Assembly (NCBI GenBank): GCA_965200315.1 | Contig: OZ241362.1 | Coordinates: 2,144,001 to 2,208,000, forward strand | DNA length: 64,000 bases | DNA from: Candidatus Latescibacterota bacterium | GTDB lineage: Bacteria; Latescibacterota; UBA2968; UBA8231 | Reading direction: 5' to 3' | In this document: piece by piece, positions 19,137 to 28,796 of the stretch | Position numbering within the stretch: position 1 is the first letter of the stretch | Layout of the letters: each line of letters starts with the position of its first letter | Made by a program: the position numbers and the translations under genes | Notes under the pieces: generated by a model | Databases searched by the model: none | Told to the model about the DNA's origin: nothing | Seen by the model: only the letters and a program-made list of their open reading frames with translations

Positions 19137-20170
19137 GCCTCGCCGACAGTGCGGCGACCGCAGCCTATGCGCGCGCAGGTCATCCGCCCATCCGCGCGTT
19201 CGCTCCACTCGCCGAAGGGGTCTGGCGCATCGAAGACGCAGACGGCCGCAAGGTCGTGGTCAAACATCAACTCTTCGGGAGACTGACGCAGGGCACGGCT
19301 TACGACCTGTTGGAGGTCGAGCGCGACGTGCTCGGCTTCTTGCACACAGCGGGTTGTCCGGTGCCGGCCGTGCTGGGTATCGATAAGGAGGCCCACTGCA
19401 TCTTCTTGCAATGGGTCGGCGATCGCACCCTCGACGACGCCATTCAGGACGGGGACCGTGCGACGACGATTCAGGCCATACGCGGGCTGTGCGCCATTGA
19501 GAGAGCGTGCGCCCAACGCGCCGACCAGCTAAAGCCGAGGGTAGTGCCAAGCGCCAACCGCACAGCCCTCAACGTCGCCTGGGACGAGGCCGGAGCGCGA
19601 GCGCATACTGGCATCGAGCAGCTAGGCAGCCGTCTCCAGCGGCCGCTGGACGCTGGGGTCCAGCCGCTGCTCAAAGCCATGCACGATTGGCTGGCAGCAC
19701 GGCCAGCTTCGCTGGGCAGCGTAGATTACAACGCGTACAACGCAGTGGTCGAGCCGGGGGGAACGCACGTTTATTTTCTCGAATTTGCCAAAATTGGCTG
19801 GGACTGGACGGAACGGCGCTTGACTCAGTATACTTCTAGTATGGGTAGCGGGCGACAGGATGGGCGCATGCGCTCGCTGCTGGACGCATCCGCAGCGCGT
19901 TTATACGCCGAGGCGTCCGGGCGCAGCGACGGCGCGCGGGCGCTCGATTATCACCGCATCTTTTTTCTTTTAAACAGCGCAGCCCTGTTGTGCGCGGCCC
20001 TCGACGGCGAGCCGCACGCGCTGGCCCTGCGCCAACGCTGGAAAAGGCCCTATGCGAGGCTTAGGCAATGCGCGGCCATGCTGGCCGAGGGCCTGAGCAC
20101 AGACCCAAGCGCGGCCGAGTTCAGAAGCCGGTTGCAATTTTGTATATCACCACGCGGAGGTACCCTATGA
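19133..20170 (+). CDS. Aminoglycoside/choline phosphotransferase-like protein
   Basis: VVVK, ERDVLGFL..GCPVPAVL, DYNAYNAV, FLEF kinase-fold-like motifs (atypical). ATG overlaps the upstream stop. Confidence 0.55.
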   Translation: MSLADSAATAAYARAGHPPIRAFAPLAEGVWRIEDADGRKVVVKHQLFGRLTQGTAYDLLEVERDVLGFLHTAGCPVPAVLGIDKEAHCIFLQWVGDRTLDDAIQDGDRATTIQAIRGLCAIERACAQRADQLKPRVVPSANRTALNVAWDEAGARAHTGIEQLGSRLQRPLDAGVQPLLKAMHDWLAARPASLGSVDYNAYNAVVEPGGTHVYFLEFAKIGWDWTERRLTQYTSSMGSGRQDGRMRSLLDASAARLYAEASGRSDGARALDYHRIFFLLNSAALLCAALDGEPHALALRQRWKRPYARLRQCAAMLAEGLSTDPSAAEFRSRLQFCISPRGGTL

Positions 20171-20433
20171 GCGAGTGGAATACTCTCGATTTTAAGCCCC
20201 GGGCCCGAGGAATGATCATCGGCGATATTCCCTGGCTGGCGCGGATAGCCGACAAGGCGCGGGCGCGCCAACAGCACCGCATCGGCGACTACGTATTTCC
20301 CTGACCGGCCGACAAGCGCTTCCTGGAGGAAGTGGAGCTAACAGCCGAAGCATTCGAGGAGATGGTGGCCTCGTCCGCAGACGACGATGCCCTGATCGAA
20401 AAGATGAAAGCGCACTTGGACAGAAAGCACTAG
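20167..20433 (+). CDS. DUF5069-like small selenoprotein, in-frame TGA at 20302-20304
   Basis: MSEWN...WLARIADKARA...IGDYVFP-TGA-PADKRFLEEVELTAEAFEEMV...DDALIEKMKAHLDRKH*. RBS GGAGG; starts on the upstream stop (ATGA) and ends 1 nt before the next ATG. Confidence 0.8.
20317..20334 (+). promoter_or_regulatory. SECIS-like hairpin
   Basis: CGCTTCC-TGGA-GGAAGTG; apical loop 19 nt after the UGA, with G at loop position 2. Confidence 0.6.
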
Positions 20434-20434
20434 C

Positions 20435-21322
20435 ATGAGCACTTCAGCGCAAACCGTGCGCGCGCCAAGGCGGAGAGTCCGGGAGATGGAGGTGGAGGTC
20501 GTCCACGTGCGCCGCGACACCCCAGACACCACCACGCTCTTTATGTCGACTGGCGACGAGCCAATCGAATACCAAGCCGGCCACTTCTGCACCATTGATC
20601 CGCATCAGTTCGGTGAGCTAGAGCACTTCACCGCCTATTTAGAAGATCAAAAGGGGCAGCGGGAAAAGCCGCGGGCTTATTCCATGGCTTCTGCACCGCA
20701 CGAAGAGCACCTCGCCATCACGATCAAAGAAGAGCGCTACGAGAGCGGCGAGACGCCGTACCCGCCGCTATTGTCGCCGCTCTTGACTTACTACATCCAA
20801 GAGGGCAGGCGGCTGGTCATCAGCGGTTTTACCGGGGCGTACACCTTTCCCGCCGATGTCTGCGAGCGCACTGATCACATTATCCACTTGTGCGCCGGCA
20901 GCGGCATCGTGCCCAACCGGAGCCTGATCAAGGAAAGCCTGCACCGCGGCGACCCGCTTAGGCACACCTTGCTGTTTAGCAACAAGACGCGCGGCGACGT
21001 CATTTACTTCGAGGAATTCGAGGCATTGCGGGCGCAGTACCCCGACAAACTCAAAGTCATCCACTGCATCACCCGCGAGGACCCAAGCGGCATCCGCGGG
21101 GCCCACGAGGGGCGCATCTCTGGGGAACTCTTGTGCCAAGTCGCGCCCGATCCCGCCAAGGTGATGGCTTATAGCTGCGGCCCGGGCATCACGCCCTACG
21201 AGCGCCGGGCGGCTCGGGCCAAGGGAGAGACTCCCGAGCCGCGCTTCGTCGAAAACATGGTCGCGCTCTTGCAGGAGCATGGGCTGGACAAAAAGCAGAT
21301 CCGGCAGGAGAGCTGGGGCTGA
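20435..21322 (+). CDS. Ferredoxin-NAD(P) reductase-like FAD/NAD-binding oxidoreductase
   Basis: YQAGHF, RAYSMAS (FAD-binding), AGSGIVP, LLFSNKT, YSCGP, C-terminal QESWG; no 2Fe-2S domain. Confidence 0.85.
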   Translation: MSTSAQTVRAPRRRVREMEVEVVHVRRDTPDTTTLFMSTGDEPIEYQAGHFCTIDPHQFGELEHFTAYLEDQKGQREKPRAYSMASAPHEEHLAITIKEERYESGETPYPPLLSPLLTYYIQEGRRLVISGFTGAYTFPADVCERTDHIIHLCAGSGIVPNRSLIKESLHRGDPLRHTLLFSNKTRGDVIYFEEFEALRAQYPDKLKVIHCITREDPSGIRGAHEGRISGELLCQVAPDPAKVMAYSCGPGITPYERRAARAKGETPEPRFVENMVALLQEHGLDKKQIRQESWG

Positions 21323-22279
21323 ATGAAGTTAATCGTGCAGATTCCCTGCTTTGACGAAGAGCAGACCCTGCCCGCTGTAATCCGCGACATCCCGCGCCAA
21401 GTGCCCGGCATCGATCAAGTCGAAATTTTGGTCATCGACGACGGCTCCAGCGACCTCACCAGCGCGGTGGCGCGCGAGTGCGGCGCGGATCACGTAATTC
21501 GCTTCTCGCGCAACCGCGGGCTGGGCCAAGCCTTTAAGGCTGGTTTTGACGCTTGCCTACAGCTAGGGGCCGACATCATCGTCAATACCGACGGCGACAA
21601 CCAGTACTACGGCGGCGATATTGACAAGTTAGTCGCGCCCATCCTCGGCGGCCGCGCCGACATGGTCATCGGCGACCGGCGGACGCAGGCCATTGCCCAC
21701 TTCTCCGCCCTCAAGCGCTGCCTACAAAGCTTGGGCAGCCGGGTGATTAGCCGCCTCGCCGGCTTGCAGGTGCCGGATGTGGCCAGCGGCTTTCGCGCCT
21801 TTAGCCGCGAGTGCGCGATCCAGCTTTCGACCTTTACCAATTTCGACCACACGGCCGAACACGTGATCGAGGCCGGATACAAAAATTTGGCCGTGACTTC
21901 TGTTGCGGTGCGCACCAATCCCAAGACGCGCGAGTCGCGCCTCTTTTCCAACATCGGCAAGTTCGTCTTCAAATCCGCGGAGATCAGCTTGCGCACCTAT
22001 GCGCGCTACGCCGCGCTCAAGATATTCGCCCTGTGCGGCATCTTGACCTTTGCCGCGGGCTTTTGCCTCGGTGTGCGCTTTCTCTACTTCTTCTTTTTTA
22101 CCGACGAAGGAATGCTACACGTGCAGTCGCTGATTCTGGCGGCGATCTTGCTGTTGGCCGGGTTTCAGATGTTTCTCACCGGCGTCATAGCCGATCTGAT
22201 CGCCACCAATAGGGACTTGCTCGAAGATGCGTTGCAGCGAGTCAAGAAGTTGGAATTGCGCGATACGGGCAAAAGATAA
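21323..22279 (+). CDS. Glycosyltransferase family 2 (DPM/ArnC-like, two C-terminal TM helices)
   Basis: IPCFDEE, VIDDGSSD, NRGLG, TDGDNQY, DVASGFRAF. Confidence 0.9.
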   Translation: MKLIVQIPCFDEEQTLPAVIRDIPRQVPGIDQVEILVIDDGSSDLTSAVARECGADHVIRFSRNRGLGQAFKAGFDACLQLGADIIVNTDGDNQYYGGDIDKLVAPILGGRADMVIGDRRTQAIAHFSALKRCLQSLGSRVISRLAGLQVPDVASGFRAFSRECAIQLSTFTNFDHTAEHVIEAGYKNLAVTSVAVRTNPKTRESRLFSNIGKFVFKSAEISLRTYARYAALKIFALCGILTFAAGFCLGVRFLYFFFFTDEGMLHVQSLILAAILLLAGFQMFLTGVIADLIATNRDLLEDALQRVKKLELRDTGKR

Positions 22280-22287
22280 TTTCCCAC

Positions 22288-23235
22288 ATGAAAAAACCTG
22301 CGGTTTACATCGACGGCCAAGAGGGGACCACCGGGCTGCGCATTCGCCAGATGCTAGCCGGGCACGAGGATGTGGAGGTGTTGCTCATTCCACCAGAGCA
22401 TCGCCGGGACCAGCACGCACGGGCCGAGTTTCTCAACCGAGCGGACTTGTGCGTACTCTGCCTGCCCGACGACGCGGCAGCCGAGGCCCTCGCCTTGCTC
22501 AAAAACCCACAGACCAAGGTCATCGATACGAGCACAGCGCGCCGAGTCCACCCCGAGTGGGTCTATGGATTGCCCGAGATTTCACCCGCGCACAAAGAGC
22601 GGATTCGCCGCGCACAGAAGGTCGCCAATTGCGGTTGTTATCCGGTCGGCTTCATCCTCGCGGTGCGGCCCCTCATTGCACAGGGGCTGCTCCTGCCCAC
22701 CGCGCCACTGGCCATCAACGCGGTGTCCGGCTATTCCGGCGGGGGACGCAAGCTGATTGCCGAATACGAGGGGGCAGGCGAGCACAAGCCTTTCTGTCTG
22801 TATGGCCTCGACGGCGCACACAAGCACTTGCCCGAGCTGTGGAAATTCAGCGGGTGCCAAAAGCAGCCGCTCTTTGTGCCGTCCGTCGATCATTCGTTCT
22901 GCGGCATGGTCGTCAGCACACCGGTCCCCACGGAATTTTTCGCCCGTCCTCGCGTCAATCGCGCAGCCGTGTACGAGGCTTGGCGCGCTTACTACGAAGA
23001 CTGTCCCTTTGTGAAGGTGGTCGCGCCCCAAGACGCTGTACTCCGCGACGACAAATTCCTCGAGCTAACGGGATTGAGCCATACCAACTTCGTCGAACTA
23101 TCGGTCTGGGGTGATCCTCGGCAGGGGTTGGTTTTGGTCGGGCGGCTCGACAATCTCGGCAAAGGAGCGTCGGGCAATGCCGTGCAATGTCTCAACTTGA
23201 TGCTCGACTGCGACGAGACCGCAGGGCTGGTCTAG
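22288..23235 (+). CDS. argC: N-acetyl-gamma-glutamyl-phosphate reductase (type 2)
   Basis: IDGQEGTTGL, YGLPE, ANCGCY, SGYSGGG, HKHLPE, LDNLGKGASGNAVQ. Confidence 0.93.
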   Translation: MKKPAVYIDGQEGTTGLRIRQMLAGHEDVEVLLIPPEHRRDQHARAEFLNRADLCVLCLPDDAAAEALALLKNPQTKVIDTSTARRVHPEWVYGLPEISPAHKERIRRAQKVANCGCYPVGFILAVRPLIAQGLLLPTAPLAINAVSGYSGGGRKLIAEYEGAGEHKPFCLYGLDGAHKHLPELWKFSGCQKQPLFVPSVDHSFCGMVVSTPVPTEFFARPRVNRAAVYEAWRAYYEDCPFVKVVAPQDAVLRDDKFLELTGLSHTNFVELSVWGDPRQGLVLVGRLDNLGKGASGNAVQCLNLMLDCDETAGLV

Positions 23236-23985
23236 ATGCTCGTCGATAGCCACTGTCATCTCGACCAATTCGCCGATGCCGACGCCGTGCTCGCAGCAGC
23301 CGCCCAAGCCGGGGTCGGGCAGATAGTCGCCGTCAGCGAAAGTGCCAGTTCCATGCGGGCGGTGCTCGCGCTCAAGCAGCGGCACCCGGATCAAGTGCTA
23401 GCCGGGCTTGGCTTGCATCCAGCATGGATCACCCAAGCCACAGACGCCGAGATCGCAGACGCGCTCGCCTATCTGGCCGCGCATCTGCCCGAGGCCGAGG
23501 TCCTCGGCGAGGTCGGCCTCGACTACAAATGGGCGACTAGCCCGGCACAGCAGGCTCAGCAACAGGACGTCCTCGCACAGCAGCTCGACCTAGCGGCACA
23601 GTGCGGCAAGCCGATCAATCTGCACTCGCGTCGCGCCCAGCGGCAGACCTTGGAGCGGGCCGTGGAATTTCGCCGCCGCACCCAGCTCAACGCCCAGCTA
23701 CACTGGTTCACCCAATCCAAAAAACTCGTGCGGATCTGCCGTGCGGAGCGGATCTACGTGTCCGTCGGTCCGTCGGTCCTGTGCGATCCGCAGACCCAAG
23801 CCGTGGCCGCGGAGATCGACCGCGAGTTGCTACTGTTGGAAACGGACGCGCCCGTGCCCATTGGCGGGGCCGCGGGCCATCCAGCGCAGGTGGCAGCAGT
23901 CGCCGCAAAACTAGCCGAACTCATCGGATTCACCGAAGAGGAGGCCGCCGCCAATTGGGCGCGCTATTTGGGCAGGCTATCGTGA
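23236..23985 (+). CDS. tatD: TatD-family hydrolase
   Basis: DSHCHL, GLHP, GEVGLDY, LHSR, LHWF, LLETDAP. Confidence 0.88.
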   Translation: MLVDSHCHLDQFADADAVLAAAAQAGVGQIVAVSESASSMRAVLALKQRHPDQVLAGLGLHPAWITQATDAEIADALAYLAAHLPEAEVLGEVGLDYKWATSPAQQAQQQDVLAQQLDLAAQCGKPINLHSRRAQRQTLERAVEFRRRTQLNAQLHWFTQSKKLVRICRAERIYVSVGPSVLCDPQTQAVAAEIDRELLLLETDAPVPIGGAAGHPAQVAAVAAKLAELIGFTEEEAAANWARYLGRLS

Positions 23986-24108
23986 AAACATCCGCAGATG
24001 GGCGCAGATAGACGCAGAAAAGTAGAACAGATCCGCAGTTTGAATCGTTCAAGTCATTCAGGGTTGCTATATCAGCGCAATTACAGCAATCGGTAAACAG
24101 GAGGAACT

Positions 24109-25854
24109 ATGCCAACGAGTATTTTTGTCCTTGCTTGCGCCCTCATCTTTTGCGAGCTAGCAGGGCCAGCGAGCGCCCAACAAGGCCTAGGCAGCTTGGA
24201 AAGTCTGATCAAGCAAGGCGAAGAAGAAGTCAAACTACCGGCCTTGTCCGCGTCCGACCTGCCGGCCCTAAATCAGGATTTGATCTCCGATAAGGCGCGC
24301 CTGCCCGGCGGCTTGAGCGCGGATAAGACGCGCATCGGTCAGGATCGCGATATAGACCCAGACGCATACATCGTCGGTCCCAACGACGTCCTGCAGCTCT
24401 ACATCTGGGGCGAATTCGACAAGCCCTACACCTTGCAGATCGATCCAGAGGGCTACGTTCTCATCCCCACCGTCGGCTCGTTCCACATTTCGGGCCTGTC
24501 GCTGACCGCGGCCAAAGAGCGCCTCTCGACCGCAGTCCAAAACAAGTATCCCGGTGTAAAAATCAGCATTTCCCTCGTGAGTATGCGCCTCTTCACTGCG
24601 TACGTCACCGGCGCGGTGCTGAACGAGGGCAGCTTCACCATCCATCCGACCACGCGAGTTGCAGATATAATCAATCGGGCCGGCGGCTTTAGGGACCGGT
24701 TACAACGGATCGCGTTGCCGGGTCAGGATGCTACTACTCAGGCCACGGGCCGGCGCTCCATTGAGCTGATCCACCGCGACGACACTACTGAGCGCGTGGA
24801 TCTCGACATGTTCCTCGCCACCGGCGACCTCGCGCACAATCCCTACGTGCGCATGGGCGACGTGGTCCACGTATCGTTTCGCAAGCATTCGGTGTCCATC
24901 TTCGGCGCGGTCAACGAAGAGGGCGAATACGAATTCCTACCCGGGGACACCCTCGGCGACCTCGTGACATTGGCCAAGGGCTTGAACCGCTCCAAACCGC
25001 TGATCAGCGCCGAACTCTGGCGCTTTCAGGAGGGAGCCGAACAGGCCGAAGTCACTGAGCTGGGCGGCGACAAAGAGACGCTGGAGGAACTGGACTACGA
25101 GAACATCCGCCACGTTGAGCTACGTCCCAACGACGCGGTCTTCATCCGCGCGCGGTCGCTGTGGCAGTCCACGCACACGGTGGTGATCTCTGGCGAGGTC
25201 AGGTTCCAAGGCCGCTACCGCATCGAACCCGGAGTCACCCGTATCAAGGACGTGGTAGCCGCGGCCGGCGGCCTAACCGACGAGGCGTCTCTCATCGGTG
25301 CCCGAGTAATCCGCACTAGGGTACGAGCCGAAAGCGACCCGCAGCTAGAGCAGCTAAAGAGACAGAGCGAGGTGGCGGGCCTCACCTATATGAACATGGA
25401 GGATCGAGCTTATCTCAAGACCAAAACCCGCGAGGAAAAGGGGCGGGTCGCGGTCGATTTCGAGCGGTTGTTTGTCGATGGCGACGCACAGCAGAACATC
25501 CTGCTCGCCAGCGGCGATGTGATCTTTTTTCCCATGCAGCGGCACACCATCAGCGTCAGTGGCCAAGTGCAACGAGCCGGGCTGATCGACTACGAGGTAG
25601 GCCGCAAAGTGCGCTACTACGTAACCAAGGCCGGCGGCTACTTGTACGACGCTGACAGACGCAATGCCCGCCTAGTCCGGGCGCGCACGGGCGTCCGCGA
25701 GAAGCTCAAAGACAACCTGATAGTCGAGGTCGGCGACGAAATATGGGTGCCCCAGAAGGAGCGCATCAACTATTGGGTATTCTTCCAAGAGACTGTGGGC
25801 ACCGCCGCTAGGGTCCTCGCCCTCGTAATCGCGGTGCAGACGGTGTCGCGGTAG
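24109..25854 (+). CDS. Polysaccharide export protein, Poly_export + multiple SLBB domains (Wza/KpsD-like)
   Basis: Signal peptide, YIVGPNDVL..IWG, IDPEG..IPTVG, repeated V.G.V..PG/AGG SLBB units. Confidence 0.85.
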   Translation: MPTSIFVLACALIFCELAGPASAQQGLGSLESLIKQGEEEVKLPALSASDLPALNQDLISDKARLPGGLSADKTRIGQDRDIDPDAYIVGPNDVLQLYIWGEFDKPYTLQIDPEGYVLIPTVGSFHISGLSLTAAKERLSTAVQNKYPGVKISISLVSMRLFTAYVTGAVLNEGSFTIHPTTRVADIINRAGGFRDRLQRIALPGQDATTQATGRRSIELIHRDDTTERVDLDMFLATGDLAHNPYVRMGDVVHVSFRKHSVSIFGAVNEEGEYEFLPGDTLGDLVTLAKGLNRSKPLISAELWRFQEGAEQAEVTELGGDKETLEELDYENIRHVELRPNDAVFIRARSLWQSTHTVVISGEVRFQGRYRIEPGVTRIKDVVAAAGGLTDEASLIGARVIRTRVRAESDPQLEQLKRQSEVAGLTYMNMEDRAYLKTKTREEKGRVAVDFERLFVDGDAQQNILLASGDVIFFPMQRHTISVSGQVQRAGLIDYEVGRKVRYYVTKAGGYLYDADRRNARLVRARTGVREKLKDNLIVEVGDEIWVPQKERINYWVFFQETVGTAARVLALVIAVQTVSR

Positions 25855-25942
25855 CAATGGACCAGGCCAAGCCCGACGCATCCTAGCTTTCGTGCTCGCG
25901 GTGCGGTCTCTTTAGACAAATAATTTCAAGGAGCACTACTGA

Positions 25943-27145
25943 ATGAATACCCCAAAAAAAGAAATCGACATCATCGATCTGCTAACGGCACTGTACGCTG
26001 GCCGATGGCTAATTATCGGCGGCACCTTGGCCATCTGCGTCTTGGCTGGTGGCCTCAGCTTCCTCTTGCCAAAGGAATACGAGGCCACCGTGCAAATTCT
26101 GCCCCCCCGAGATGAGAAGCAGAGTTTCGGCTTTTCCAGCCTGCTCTCGTCCTTACCCATACCCTCCTTGCGCCTCGGGGAAAGGGGCACACCGTCTGAC
26201 ATTTCTCTCGCGACTATTAGGAGCACGACGGCGCGGCGGCTGATGGTCGAGAAATTCGGTTTGATGCAGCGCTACGAGGCGCGCACCATGACCGACGCGA
26301 TTGAGGCCCTCGCCGACAAAACTACGGCCGACATGACCGAAGAGGGCATGCTCGGAGTCTCAGTAATTGACCAAGACCCGCAAACGGCTGCCGACATGGC
26401 CAATTACTACATCGTCCTGCTCGATAGCACCAACAAGCGGTTCGCGCACAAGACCGCCTCCGAGCGCTTGAGTTTTATTCGCGGGCTTTTGCAAGAAGAG
26501 GATAAAAAGCTAGAGGACAAGATGAAGCGGCTAGAGCAGTTCCAGTCCGAACACAATGCCATCTCGATTGCGGACCAAGCCCGCGCGGCGATTCTGACGG
26601 CCACCTCGATGCACACCGCCGCAATGGAACTCGCAATTGAGCGCCAGCGGCTCATCCTATCGGGGCTAGGTCCCAACCACGACAAGGTCAAACAGCTCGA
26701 GCGCGAAATCCTACTGCGGCAGGGGACCATAGCTTTCTTGCGCGACGGCCTCAAGCCTGCCGACAACACCATGCTGCACAACAAAGCGCTGCAACTACAG
26801 CTAGACGAAAACCTCTTCCTACCGCTGAATCAGATCCCAGGCGTGGCCCAAGAGTACGCAACCCTCGAAAAGGATGTGCTCGTGCAGACGTCCCTTATGC
26901 TGGTTCTGCTGCAACAGGAGGCCCAAGCCCTGATCGAGGCCAAGGACGCCACTTCGACCGTACAGATACTCGATCCGGCCACGCCGCCCGAAATCAAGGC
27001 AAGGCCCCAGCGCGTACTGATCGTATTTATCGCCGGCTTACTCAGCCTCATCGCCTCGACTTCCTATGTGCTGGGAGCGGTGTACATGCGAGACCTTCAA
27101 CAGCGCTGGCGCAACCGGAACCAGACGACGCCTGAGGTTTTATGA
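25943..27145 (+). CDS. Wzz/GumC-like chain-length determinant
   Basis: [10 protein letters not shown] helix, PKEYEAT, coiled coil, [14 protein letters not shown] plus C-terminal TM helix. Confidence 0.85.
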   Translation: MNTPKKEIDIIDLLTALYAGRWLIIGGTLAICVLAGGLSFLLPKEYEATVQILPPRDEKQSFGFSSLLSSLPIPSLRLGERGTPSDISLATIRSTTARRLMVEKFGLMQRYEARTMTDAIEALADKTTADMTEEGMLGVSVIDQDPQTAADMANYYIVLLDSTNKRFAHKTASERLSFIRGLLQEEDKKLEDKMKRLEQFQSEHNAISIADQARAAILTATSMHTAAMELAIERQRLILSGLGPNHDKVKQLEREILLRQGTIAFLRDGLKPADNTMLHNKALQLQLDENLFLPLNQIPGVAQEYATLEKDVLVQTSLMLVLLQQEAQALIEAKDATSTVQILDPATPPEIKARPQRVLIVFIAGLLSLIASTSYVLGAVYMRDLQQRWRNRNQTTPEVL

Positions 27146-27582
27146 CTATTCAAGTGAAAGTGATCAATAATGGGGGCCAATCGCTGCCTACCTATGAGAC
27201 GGCGCACAGCGCGGGCCTCGACTTGCGCGCCGCGTTGTCAGAGGCCGTGATTTTAGCACCCGGCGAGCGCGGCCTCATTCCCACCGGCCTGTTCCTCGAA
27301 ATTCCCCCAGGCTACGAGGCACAGGTCAGGCCGCGCAGTGGTTTGGCCCTCAAGCGCGGCCTGACGCTACTCAACGCCCCGGGTACGATTGACGCCGACT
27401 ACCGGGGCGAAGTCGGCGTCATCCTGGTCAACCTTTCGGCTGAGGAGCAGTGCGTCGGTCCGGGCGACCGCATCGCCCAGCTCATTTTCGCGCCGGTGAC
27501 GCGCGGCGAGTGGGTCGAGGTCGAGGCACTCGCGGAAACGGAGCGCGGCAGTGGCGGCTTTGGCTCGACCGGGAGGCACTGA
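27142..27582 (+). CDS. dut: dUTP diphosphatase
   Basis: [38 protein letters not shown]. Confidence 0.97.
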   Translation: MTIQVKVINNGGQSLPTYETAHSAGLDLRAALSEAVILAPGERGLIPTGLFLEIPPGYEAQVRPRSGLALKRGLTLLNAPGTIDADYRGEVGVILVNLSAEEQCVGPGDRIAQLIFAPVTRGEWVEVEALAETERGSGGFGSTGRH

Positions 27583-27606
27583 AACCGTCGCAAGCTAGAA
27601 ACCGCG

Positions 27607-27660
27607 ATGCGTTTTTTTAATACGAGAGGGTCGGTGGTGGCCGCAGATCACTACTGCATT
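27607..27660 (+). pseudogene. N-terminal remnant of an AAA-like ATPase gene
   Basis: Translates MRFFNTRGSVVAADHYCI, resembling the MRFFNTAGP...DHYCI start of AAA-like proteins; similarity is then lost as the low-GC insert begins. Confidence 0.45.
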
Positions 27661-27697
27661 CGCAGGCTTTTGACGACAATGGTGCCCAGAAGCATTG

Positions 27698-28057
27698 TCA
27701 AGAAGAATTACGCTTTGGTTTTGGAAACAGATAATTTACTATAATGGCGAGCAATCCAATGACTTTGACGGTCGTACCTGTAATTAAAGCAATAAGCACT
27801 CCATCCGGGAGGGTAAAATCGCCTACGTTGAATCCATGAAAAAAGAGAATTGTGGATAGTATCACGAGCCAGCCGAGAACGAGTAAGTATATTAAATATC
27901 CGTATTTCTTGCGATTTTCTATATTTTGCTCATCGCTTCGATTATTCAATTTTATACGTTCAAGTTCAGCCTCGGCAATCTGTTGTTTGATGTTATCCTC
28001 GCCTACGCTCTCTCACGGAGGGATACGCTTTAATTTATTTTCTTCCTCGTCTGTCAT
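27698..28057 (-). pseudogene. Two-TM membrane protein, putative Panacea-partner toxin, interrupted by TGA at 28013-28015
   Basis: ATG 28057 overlaps the Panacea stop. MTDEEENKLKRIPP*ESVGEDNIKQQ... continues in frame into the 27698..27949 ORF. Confidence 0.55.
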
Positions 28058-28554
28058 AGAAGGCGATCCTTATAGTATTTTTCTATAAGAGCATTATCTA
28101 TATTAGCATTTTTTATTGGCCCCACCTTTTCGCGTATTTGACTCCAAGGGCTACCTTCTTCATGCGTCGTAGCAGATAGCTCACCGGCACTAAAGTGACC
28201 ATATAGCTCCCATATCCGGTTGAGAAAAGCAATGGTACGCTTATCATCAGGTTTGATGCGGGGTACGTGGCTACCCCATTCTTCAAGAAAAGAATTGTAA
28301 GTCCACGCTAATGCCAGTTCAAGGATCGGTCCTGAACCAAACTGCTTGAATTCGTGGTAGATAAAGGGAAAGACCGGTCCATATTCCCATGCTTCAGCCA
28401 ACTCATCTTGGACAAGGGGTTCCTCATAAAGGGCCAAATGCCAACCATGAGCAATATAGACCAACTTTTGAATCTTTAACGGCGAAATATCTTTTTTGGC
28501 CGACAATTCAAGGAAGTAGTTGGCGATCTCCTTTGCTGAGTATGAGTATTCCAT
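28054..28554 (-). CDS. Panacea (DUF4065/SocA-like) antitoxin
   Basis: IANYF, PLKIQKLVYIAHGW, EAWEYGPV, YG.FSA.EL...THEEGSPW. Confidence 0.88.
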   Translation of the reverse strand: MEYSYSAKEIANYFLELSAKKDISPLKIQKLVYIAHGWHLALYEEPLVQDELAEAWEYGPVFPFIYHEFKQFGSGPILELALAWTYNSFLEEWGSHVPRIKPDDKRTIAFLNRIWELYGHFSAGELSATTHEEGSPWSQIREKVGPIKNANIDNALIEKYYKDRLL

Positions 28555-28748
28555 GTCCTTTCTCCTGTTCAAAGGATTATATACTGAACAAATGAATACC
28601 TTTTAACCGCGTCAATACGTTTCGTTCGTATGTATCTATTTTGCATATATGTCTATAAATGATTAGCTACATTCGGAAACGCAAATCGATAGAATTCTGT
28701 CCCCGGATAATATCCTTTTTGCTTTGTTCACTCGGGTTACAGTTCCCC

Positions 28749-28789
28749 AAAAGAGGCCGATGCTCCTTTTTGGAGGGCCGCCTCTTTTG
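28749..28789. terminator. Hairpin terminator after the Mo-enzyme operon
   Basis: AAAAGAGGC...GCCTCTTTT inverted repeat immediately past the moaD stop. Confidence 0.55.
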
Positions 28790-28796
28790 CTTAAGG

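Noticed and set aside
28013-28015. In-frame TGA as a third selenocysteine
   Set aside because: The context IPP*ESV is not a redox motif and no convincing downstream hairpin is present; a nonsense mutation is more likely.
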